Source: Octopus sinensis
Lineage: Eukaryota
NCBI RefSeq assembly: GCF_006345805.1
Contig: NC_043010.1
Span: forward strand, 43,152,001 to 43,216,000
Reading direction: 5' to 3'
Length of the DNA: 64,000 nucleotides
The notes under the pieces are model-generated. The model was not told the DNA's origin, made no database searches, and saw only the letters and a program-made list of their open reading frames with translations. Below are positions 15,086-24,480 of the stretch, in pieces. Both the position numbers and the translations under genes were made by a program. Every line of letters begins with the position of its first letter. Within the stretch, counting starts at the first letter, position 1.

Positions 15086-15248
15086 CGACGGTCTTCTTTC
15101 AGTTTCCGTCTACCAAATCCACTCACAAGGCTTTGGTTGGCCCGAGGCTATAGTTGAAGACACTTGTCCAAGGTGCCACGCAGTAGGACTGAACCCGGAA
15201 CCATGTGGTTCGCAAACAAGCTACTTACCACACATCCACTCCTACGCC
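14790..15248 (-). mobile_element. SINE family A, near full length with internal (TA)n expansion
   Basis: Reverse complement of the family A head, body and tail. Confidence 0.9.
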
Positions 15249-15269
15249 TATTGATTTTATATTGCTTGC

Positions 15270-15940
15270 CTGTTCTAGTTAGTATAAATCTTCATTTCTG
15301 AAAGTGCAATCTGGAATAGTTCATTTGGTAGGTCTATTTGAGATTATTTTCTTCATGTTGGAATTGCAACTATAGCTTACCTACACAGAATGCCTATCAA
15401 AGATTTTTCTTCATATGGTTTTCAAGAAAATGCTTATGTGGTAAGACCAGGAACTTTTTCTCTAAATCAATCCTAACATTTAAAGAGATAGGTGGGCATA
15501 AAGCTTATTTTCTTATGTCTATTCTTAAGTCATAAATGTGTGTTGGTTGGGGCATATGAGATCTCGGAATCCACTCACTGCTAGGGCCCTATATTGTAAT
15601 CTGATACTACGTTACTGAATATTTCCTTAGAAAAGGGGGTTTGAAATACTTATACTGATGTTACGAGATTTTTAAAAACAATTGTTGACAAAAAATAAAA
15701 GATTACTTACTTATATATTCAAGCTTCTTGTTGGGCTTATAGAAGATTTGTAGGCATCTGAATATGGGTTTAGCAAAATGCTTAGGAAGTAATTTTAAGC
15801 CCTATGTTGGTAAGCATAGCTAAGAGGTTGTTTTCATAAAGTATGACTATCACAGCTGTGTCATATTTCTAATCCATTGTCTCAGTAGAAACCAGTACTG
15901 TGGGTGAGGAATTTGGTTTTTAGTATATCAAGTTTATATG
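15270..15940 (-). mobile_element. Second Penelope-like RT/linker fragment, decayed
   Basis: Minus strand with frameshifts: DNGL, FYKPNKKLEYISK, KKFLVLPHKHFLENH, KIFDRHSV.VSYSCNSNMKKIIS, resembling the PLE post-RT motif HFP..H.L.KIFNR.TVK.SYSC..NM. Confidence 0.65.
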
Positions 15941-16597
15941 GGCTTACAAGTTTACATATATTAGCACTGTCAAAAATGTTCTGATTCAAGTTTTTTTTAC
16001 CCAAGCTGACTCTTGTTCAAAGGGTAGGATTGTATGTATACACATTTGTAGCTTAGATATCAGGGTTAATTAAATATATATCTATATTCCAGCAAGTTGT
16101 GTGGAAGCTGTAATAATTACATTAACCTGTAGATTATGGAAAAGAATTTGTTTTGCATATGAAGAGTGCTTTGTAAATATATTCTTAGAAATTTAATGTT
16201 TAAGCTTTTCTTTAGCTTTGTGATTGTATGTTTAAATTTATATTTAATTTTTTTTTTTTGTATTTATTTTGATGTAAATTCTTTTTATTTTTAGATACTG
16301 CTTCACAACATGGACACATCCTGGTTGCCAAGTGCAAAGAAGTTAAATTTTCGTTCATATTTATCCTCTTTCATTACATTTTCTACAATATGGAAATGGG
16401 ATTTGGCAAAAACTAAACTTTCTTCTTCATCATGATTTGCAGAGAGAATCAAGAGCCTCGGGCATAAATGTATTAGTGATGTTGATAAAAATTATTTGAT
16501 GGCATTTTAAATTAAATCACGTATCAAATATTGATTTCAAGAATACTATGGTTGTCTACTGGAAGATTTTGTGGAGGTTTTCCAACTAATCCTGATA

Positions 16598-18199
16598 ATG
16601 TATACTATACCATCTATGTATTCAGTTGGTAAACAATATATTTTTGATATTACTGGGAAAGCTTTCACACAAGAAGATTTGGTGAGATCTGAGGATTATT
16701 TTGACAACAATAGTGAAAAACAGTTCAGCTATACAAGCCAGCCAACATTTCCTACACAACCCAATATGAATCCTCTTGAACAGCCCACTTCAACAGCAAG
16801 TTCGACAAGTGAAAACTATGTACCTTATCGAAAACCTTTTCCTCAACAAACTGTTTCTTCTCAAGGTACTGGTGAAACGTCAAGAAATTCAGAAGCTACA
16901 GAAGCTGAAACTGAAAACACAAACTATTCTGGTGATTGTTGCAGTGAACAACAAAGAGCTCGTAACTGCTCAACCAGTTGCTACAGCACTCCAAAAGCCC
17001 ACAAGTGTGCTCACTGTTCAAAGACTTTCGCTCGGAGAACTTATTTAAAAAGTCATGAGCGAGTCCATTCTGGTGAGAAACCTTTCAATTGTATGTATTG
17101 TCGTAAAGCCTTTTCGCAGCGAACAAACGTTCGTAGTCATGAGCGAACACACACAGGTGAAAAACCTTATATGTGTTTAATTTGCCGTCGATCTTTTTGT
17201 CAGCAGAATGAGCTGCGGTCACACGAGCGTGTACATACAGGTGTTAGACCATATCAGTGTCATTTTTGTCCCAAAGCTTTCACTCAGCTTACCAATCTGC
17301 GGAATCATATAAGAATACACACAGGCGAAAAACCATTTGTATGTATTGTGTGCGCTCGCTCATTTACTCAACATAACGAACTTCGAAGTCACGAACGAGT
17401 TCATACTGGAGAAAAACCATTTAGTTGTTCCATGTGTTCTAAAGCTTTTTCACAAAGAACTAATTTACGAAATCACGAAAGAGTTCACTCTGGAGAAAAA
17501 CCATTCCAGTGTATTTACTGTTCGAAATCCTTCTCCCAGAGAGGTACGTTAAAAAATCACGAACATACTCATACAACAGATAAAAATCAAGTAAAAACGT
17601 CTCAGAAATCTGCATCGTTGTCTTCATCTAATTCATTAAGCCATCATTCCAAAAGTCAAAGTCATGAGCAAAAATCTAGACAGCTGGGACAACAAGAACT
17701 TATTCAGCCTGCTTCCTCAGCTGAACCATGCCAAAAAGAACCATCAACTTCAGCATTCCATCATAAACCACAATCATCATCTGTCATTTCAAAATGGGTT
17801 AATTCGACATCATCACATTCAAAGTCTCAAAGCAATTCATCTGTTTCTCGTATATCTCATGCAAACACACACGGACGTGTTTCTCTTGGAGATGACAGCA
17901 GCCGCAAAGAAATACAATCATCCTCATCTATTAGATTTCAGCAGGTACCAACTATTCCACCAGTAATAATGGCACCTTCCTTTTTGCACCAGATGACCCA
18001 GGGCTGGGAAAATACCTACAATTGGCCCCGTGGATTTCCTATGGCTGCTGCTTGGAATACATCAGGGAAAAATATTTCATCTGTATATTCTCATGAAGGA
18101 AAGTTGAAAAAACAAAAGTCCTCTTCTGGAGATATAAATAAAGGCAAGAATATGAACTCTTATGATGTGAGGAAAGAAATTCAATCAAGCTCCAAGTAG
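16598..18199 (+). CDS. ZNF-A: tandem C2H2 zinc-finger protein, 533 aa, 7 fingers (17006-17572), S/T/Q-rich flanks, conserved N- and C-terminal motifs shared with ZNF-B
   Basis: Uninterrupted ORF with canonical CxxC-x12-HxxxH fingers and TGEKP linkers; ATG at 16598 preferred over the GTG at 16571 because it aligns with the ZNF-B start; candidate splice acceptor at 16293-16294. Confidence 0.93.
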   Translation: MYTIPSMYSVGKQYIFDITGKAFTQEDLVRSEDYFDNNSEKQFSYTSQPTFPTQPNMNPLEQPTSTASSTSENYVPYRKPFPQQTVSSQGTGETSRNSEATEAETENTNYSGDCCSEQQRARNCSTSCYSTPKAHKCAHCSKTFARRTYLKSHERVHSGEKPFNCMYCRKAFSQRTNVRSHERTHTGEKPYMCLICRRSFCQQNELRSHERVHTGVRPYQCHFCPKAFTQLTNLRNHIRIHTGEKPFVCIVCARSFTQHNELRSHERVHTGEKPFSCSMCSKAFSQRTNLRNHERVHSGEKPFQCIYCSKSFSQRGTLKNHEHTHTTDKNQVKTSQKSASLSSSNSLSHHSKSQSHEQKSRQLGQQELIQPASSAEPCQKEPSTSAFHHKPQSSSVISKWVNSTSSHSKSQSNSSVSRISHANTHGRVSLGDDSSRKEIQSSSSIRFQQVPTIPPVIMAPSFLHQMTQGWENTYNWPRGFPMAAAWNTSGKNISSVYSHEGKLKKQKSSSGDINKGKNMNSYDVRKEIQSSSK

Positions 18200-18490
18200 C
18201 TATGAGGCTGCATTTATATATTTTGTAAGCTGTTAATCCTTATCTCATAAATATATTAATAGTAGAGAAGGCTGTATCTTTATTAATCTTAGACACTTGG
18301 ACACTGATATCGATATCTCTTTGTTTTAGAAGTGAAGAATTTAGAACTTTTGAAAATATTTCTGTGATGCTTCTTTTGCTAAATGAATACATGCTTATTT
18401 TATTTCAGTTGTATTGTTATGTAAGCAAAGTGTTGGTTCTAATTAATTCTGATTTATTGATTTTAGTCTGAAGAAAATGCCTTTTACTTG

Positions 18491-18496
18491 AATAAA
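18491..18496 (+). promoter_or_regulatory. Candidate polyadenylation signal of ZNF-A
   Basis: AATAAA about 290 bp after the stop codon, followed by T-rich sequence. Confidence 0.35.
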
Positions 18497-19604
18497 AAAA
18501 AATGGACTAATTTTGGTATATATTATCATCTTGTTTTTCTTTTGAATGGATTGGTACAAGCATGAGTGTACTTAAAAAGTTTGCTTTGTGACTATTTGGC
18601 TTTGGATCTGATTCTATAGTGTGGAGCCTTGGGCAAACATCTATTATTTTCTCATTTTGGACAATGCCTTGTGAATGAAATTTTGGTGGCAGAAACTGTA
18701 TGAAAGCTTATCATGTGTGTGTATGTATGTATGTATGTATGTATGTGTGTGTATGTATGTGTGTGTGTATGTTTGTCATCACACACCTTTGCATTCACAC
18801 AGCTTAAGCTTCAGTGACATTGTGTTCAATATAAACAAAGAATTTGACAGTTCAGCAGTTTGTTGTGTGAAAATGTGGAGCAAAATCTTTTGCTTGAAAA
18901 CAAGTAAGGAAAGAAAACATCAGGAAAGACATCTGGCTAGAGAATACTATCTCACAAAGTCTCATCCAAGCCAAGCCAATATAGAAAAAGCAGATGTGGC
19001 AGTGATGGTTATGACGATGATCAATGTCATCATCATTAGAATAAGCCAAGCTAAATATTTCCCTGAAATTAATTTTTCTTGTTTCCTGCAATGACTTTTC
19101 ATTAGGGATTAATTGATCACCAAAGTTGTTTAATGGACTTTATCTTCTGCTTGAGCAGTTCTTATATTTCAAACCCTGTTTAAGGTAATTGATGCTATAT
19201 AGGTTTGGTACTCATCATCTCTTTCGTGTTCACATTGATGTGCTGGAGATAAAATTGAAAGAAAGGCCAAAACCCATGGGAATATTCAAATTCCTGTGAG
19301 CTAATGTGATATTCAGTTGAATAGTGATGTGTTTTTAGAGCGATAATCTATTCCATTATGTGATGCCTACTTACAGTTAGGTGGACTACAGTAAAGTGTT
19401 GATGACAGGATTGTCTGGTACTGTATTGACTTAGTCGTCTGCAACTTTAGACTAATTCTGTTAATTAATTCATGATTTGTCCTTTTCTCTTATTGTCTAT
19501 TTTCCTCTAATAGATAATCACACTATTACTAACTGACTAAATTCCAGTGAGCTGATGTCTATAGAATTCTGTTACCATTTGTTAAGATTATCTTGAAAGT
19601 AACT

Positions 19605-20320
19605 TCCTGTATCATCAACCTTTAATGTCTGCTGTCCATGCTGGCATGGGTTAGACAGTTTGACTGGAGCTGATGAGCCGGAGAGCTGCACCAGGTTCCA
19701 GTCTGATTTGACATGGTTTCTACTACTGGATGCCCTTCCTAACACCAACCACTTTAGGAGTGTAATGGGTGCTTTCACATGCCACCAGCATGGGTGCCAT
19801 TTACATGACACCAGCAATGACCACGACTACAATTCATTGGTGCCATGTAGATGGCACCAGACTACAATGCACAGGTGCCATTTACATGGCACCGACAGCA
19901 ACCACAACTACAATTCATGGGCACAGTGACTACAACCATGACTCATGGGTGCAATTTACATGGCACTGCCAATGACCACAACTCATGGGTGCCATTTACA
20001 TGGCACCAACAATGACCATGATTCCCAAGTGTCATTTACATGGAGCCGTCAATGATCACAACTACAAAGCATGGGTGCCATGACTACAATGCACAGGTGT
20101 CATTTACATAGCACCGGTGGTGACCACGACTATGATTCATGGGTTCCACTTACATGGCACCAACTATGACCACAACTATGATGCACAGGTGCCATTTACA
20201 TGACACCAGCATGGCTACAACAACGATTTCACTTGGCCTGACGAGTCTTCTCACACACAGCTTATCACCAGAGGTCTCGGTCACTTGCCATCACCTCTGT
20301 GAAGCCTAACGTTCAAAGAT
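19605..20320 (-). mobile_element. Repeat family D (SINE or LINE-tail-like, ggcattaggaagggcatccagc core) with expanded internal minisatellite
   Basis: ctggatgcccttcctaacaccaaccac core and ccatgctggcatgggtt terminal motif match the copies at 29540, 42805 and 56450. Confidence 0.75.
19790..20210. repeat. Minisatellite of palindromic GGTGCCAT-TTAC-ATGGCACC units, about 35-46 bp period
   Basis: About 9 full and 2 truncated units counted by eye; spacers resemble each other (aatgaccacgactacaat). Confidence 0.9.
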
Positions 20321-21199
20321 CATGAGTATACCAATTCTCAGGTATTACATTTTCCAGTTTCTCATCTAAAAAGCATACTTCTAGCAAAGTTCTATATTGT
20401 AGTTCCCTCTACTTCTGTTCCATTCTTTCTTTCAGTAAAATTTTACTCCCATGTACATCATACTCCATACCATAGTCTCTTGTTAAATCCACACTATGTC
20501 ATTTTACCTTTTCTCATTATTTGCTTCAACGCTTTGTTTTGCTGGTACTGGTGACATGCTAAAATTACTACCTTCACTTATAGGGGTTACTGAAGCTCTG
20601 TTTGCTGGGCCTCAAGGTATTCTTTTCCTGCTGAAAGCATATGCATACACCTATTATTCATCTGCTGCATGGTAACATTTGTACTAGCATTTTAACAAAA
20701 ATGCTTCTGTAAAGACAGTGAAAATATTGTCAATTTCCCCAAAGAGGGACACAATTCAATTTTTAAACAATAACCAAAGCACCTTCTCCGAAAGGGGGAG
20801 GGTTACGGTTTACAATTATTTAACAAATGCAACACAACAACATTTCCCTGACAAGGAACCAACAAACGTGATTACAATAGTCAAACAGTAATAATAATAA
20901 CAACAAACCTTTTTAATGTATCCCCATTTATGTGAAACCACTTATTCAAGTTCAAGTCATTGATGCAATTTTATACGAATTGCTAATACACACACACATA
21001 ATAAGGGCGAAAAATTGAATATCAATTTGATTAATATGAATTGAAAACCAGTGGTGTAGCATATAAGACCATAGCGGATCTTCTTCTAGCAAAAAGAATG
21101 ACCACTGTTAATGGTTCATCCCTGTTATATGATACTTTCACTTTAATAGTTTCAGTATTAAAATGAAAGTGTCTGCATTACAATAGAGAGATGTTTTTG

Positions 21200-21400
21200 T
21201 TTCACTTTTAACACGTAATACTGAAATAGTGGGGAAGATATGATATTGCTGTGGGGTCGCCATAGGGAAAAAGTTAATTTTGCCGATGACACTTCCTGGA
21301 CCTTAAGTAAGGCATGTGTAAATTTGAATGAAATTGGTTGTGTAGTTCTCAAATTTTAGGGAAATACACAGACAGACACACATTCTCAGTTTTATATATA
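21200..21400 (+). mobile_element. Possible Helitron-type non-autonomous element terminus
   Basis: aaatttgaatgaaattggttgtgtagttctc...acagacagacacacattctcagttttatatata resembles the ends of invertebrate Helitron-like repeats. Confidence 0.3.
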
Positions 21401-21496
21401 TATATTATATATAGGATAAGATTGTTAATTTAAATATCGATCTTATAAAGTGGCCAGCATGGGAATAAAAACCTTCAAAGGTAATAATTATTATTA

Positions 21497-22249
21497 AAAT
21501 TATAATTTAAGGTGTCTAAGAGATACCTCTACGCTGGAAATAGCAGTCAAAAATTGACTCTAAAACTACATTAAATGTTCATACAGCACCAGGGGAGAAG
21601 ACAAAAGGACAAAATAAACTAGCAAAAAATTACTGAATAATTCCAGATCCTGGATTTCTGGCTCTACATAAGAAATGTTTTGCCTCATCAGTGGAATATA
21701 CAGATAGTAACATAAATACACACACACATATATATATATTGTTACGAACCTGCCGTTGCTCAACTCGAACTCGGGACCCTAAGTCGAGCGACGACGACGA
21801 CCACGCTCAGTCAAATCGGAAATCCACCACAGCAAGCGGTGGGGGATGGCAGCGAACGCAAACCAGTAACCAGTGACCGGAGACAACAAAAACAACAGGA
21901 AGAGAGAGACAGCCGAAGGCAGTTGCTTACATTTACAACAGTTTATGCAATTGTTACAACATCAATCAAAGCGTAATACATTGCAGATACATTAAAGAAA
22001 AACATTTAACAAATCGTACGGAGTTAAAAGAAAAACAATCAATGCATGCACAATACACAACGTCCAAAAACAATCCACATTAAAGCATTTCTTATGCAGA
22101 GCCAGAAATCCAGTAATTTTTTGCTAGTTTATTTTGTCCTTTTGTCTTCTCTCCTGGTGCTGTATGAACATTTAATGTGGTTTTAGAGTCAAGTTTTGGC
22201 TGCTATTTCCAGCATGGAGGTATCTCTTAGATACTCTAAATTATAATTT
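21497..22249. repeat. Long inverted repeat, arms 21497-21677 and 22086-22249
   Basis: Arms align at roughly 90% by eye; the left arm carries a short insertion. Confidence 0.9.
21740..22080. mobile_element. LTR-like (TGTTAC-terminated) CpG-rich fragment nested between the inverted arms
   Basis: Starts TGTTACG directly after a (TA)n run; GC and CpG content jump; right boundary uncertain. Confidence 0.4.
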
Positions 22250-22309
22250 CATATATATGCAGTATACGGATGTCCTGAAACCATACTTGGTGTGTGTTAT
22301 TAATACGTC

Positions 22310-22341
22310 CTGATGAATGCTGGAAGGTATATCAGCCGAAA
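22310..22341 (+). ncRNA. Hammerhead-like core (CUGAUGA-stem II-GAAA), Penelope-associated type, probably degenerate
   Basis: CTGATGA at GCTG gaaggtatat CAGC c GAAA; no correctly placed NUH cleavage triplet found. Confidence 0.35.
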
Positions 22342-22989
22342 TGTGTTAACAACAAAGATGAGGACAAATATCTGTCAAATGTAAATAATGTAGTTAGGTT
22401 TCTTTTTCTAACATTTTACATAGTTCAACCTACACAAGATAATGTGTGATAAACAAAATAGGAATTTTGAAAGAAGTTTCTGTAAAACTAGTTTTTAACC
22501 ACTGAATGCAACTAGTGGCCCACCAGAACAAAACAGTAGTCAAAGGGGCTCATAGATAAAAAATGGTTGAGAACCCTTTTTCTAACTGAATAAAAAGAAA
22601 TTAGTTTCACTGAGATAGCGACCCATGACAAATATTCTCATTCTATTCAATTTCATAGCAAATTTCTTCAGATTTATTGAGCTGCTAGCACCAAAATTAC
22701 TCAAGTTAACTTTGATGATGCAATTGCAAATGTTAGAATATAAAATTTCAACCTCATTCTTGGACAAAAAGCCATAATTTTTATTTAGTAATGCATGAGA
22801 ATTACCTTGTGAATTGCATACTTTGTTGCAACCATACATTCTTAGATATTTCACTAACAGATTTTACTTTTGCTAAAAAAATGATAGGATTATAGCATTA
22901 TGTATGAATTTACTATTTTCATTAATCCCATACGCATTCTTTTTACTAGCTTGGTCTGGAAGAAAGGACAGTGCCTATGGCTTTTGCAG

Positions 22990-23320
22990 GATCTCCTAGA
23001 CCTACGAAATAGAGGCCAATAAAGTTCTTGAACCATTGCATGTCAACACCTGCAGGAAAGACAAATGGAGAGGGAATTCTAAAGAATCAATGTTCTGGGA
23101 AGGATGGACAGAACATAGTGATTAATGTGTAGTTGGAAGGATTTGATGTAACAAGGCTGATGAAAGGAAAGATAAGTGGGCTGAGAATGCCTAATAATAG
23201 TAGTAAAACAAAAGAGATAAGACAGTGTGCCTGTGTGCTATTGTATTGTGTCTGTGATTATCTTTATGCTAATCAGTCAGGTGGTTCTTTTCTGTCTGGA
23301 ATGACTGTGAGTGCAATGGT
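22990..23320 (-). mobile_element. CR1/L2-like LINE 3' fragment, decayed
   Basis: Minus strand: AHRHTVLSLLFYYY...NSLS.FVFPAGVDMQWFKN; same family as 53780-54800. Confidence 0.5.
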
Positions 23321-23345
23321 TGCACTGTCTTAGATGTAGGAATTA

Positions 23346-23565
23346 AGGCGACGAGTTGGCAGAAACGTTAGCACGCCAGGCGAAATGCCTAGCGGTATTC
23401 CGTCTGCTGCTACATTCTGAGTTCAAATTCCGACGAGGTCGACTTTGCCTTTCATCCTTTCGGGGTCGATAAATTAAGTACTAGTTATGCACTGGGGTCG
23501 ATGTAATTGACTTAATCCGTTTGTCCCCTATATGTTTAGCCCCTTGTGGGTAATAAAGAAATAAG
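23346..23565 (+). mobile_element. tRNA-derived SINE family B (Meta-domain-like core)
   Basis: Head tggcagaaacgttagc...gagttcaaattcc and core gcctttcatcctttcggggtcgataaattaagtac; second copy at 62222-62435. Confidence 0.85.
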
Positions 23566-24265
23566 GAATAACTGAGCTTTGCAGAATGTAAATAATTGTT
23601 GAGGGACGACCTATGAAAATTTGAAAATTTGTCTCATTCCTTTCGATATAATATAAAATTTCAGTGTTTACTTTCGCACGACAACGGATGGAGTCCCTGT
23701 ATTATGCATAACACTATTAAAGAAGCCATACATGTATTTCTGAATAATTAGGAAGTAACCATTATAGATACAAAGTAATTATATCTATATAAAGTTATTA
23801 ATGATTATTGGCACAATATCACCACCAGTTGAAATATTTTTGTAATAAAGATACAAATTTTTCTTTTACATATTTGATTTATGATCTTTAATGGTGGTGG
23901 TGGGGGTGGACAAATCACAAGACAAAATAATTTGCGAAAAAATAATTCTTTGGATAGTGTATTTTCAGAAAACTCATGTTCTTTAAATTTAGTGAAAACA
24001 TATTATTTACACAGTATATTGAAATTACAGCCTATATTTTTAAATAAGAGTAAAGATAAGCAATGTTGTCATTTGAGCGATACACTCAAAGTGACTTTCT
24101 CTGTAGTGTAAAAGTGTACGAACAGCCTCTTTTCTGACCATTATTCAGTTTTAGTCATGTCCAGTTGCATTTTGATCAGTTACAGTATTTTCACCAACCT
24201 TTAAACCCTACAATTTTTTAAGTGTATGTATTCTTAAATTTCACCAGATAATTTATATTTACATA

Positions 24266-24480
24266 CCTGAGAGGTGAGTGGGCAGAATCATTACTGTTCT
24301 GGGCAAAATACTTAGCCGCGTTTCATCCATCTTTATATCCTGAGTTCAAATTCCACTAAGGTTGACATCACCTTTTATCCTTTCAGGGTATATAAACTAA
24401 GTACCAGTGATCACTGAGGTCAATGTAATTGACTTACCCACTCCACCAAAATAGCTGGCCTTGTGTCAAAATTTGAAATC
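24266..24480 (+). mobile_element. SINE family B-related old copy
   Basis: Degenerate gagttcaaattcc and ccttttatcctttcagggt..aactaagtaccag core. Confidence 0.65.

Noticed and set aside
16571-16597. GTG start of the ZNF-A ORF (and GTG at 39708 for ZNF-B)
   Set aside because: Eukaryotic context; the downstream ATGs align between the paralogs (MY...MY).
16776-17966. Alternative-frame and antisense ORFs overlapping the ZNF genes (also at 39859-40830 and 51416-52156)
   Set aside because: Shadows of the real CDS with no independent protein signature.
19790-20210. CRISPR array
   Set aside because: Spacers resemble each other, the repeats are embedded in a eukaryotic retroposon, and there are no cas genes; it is a minisatellite.
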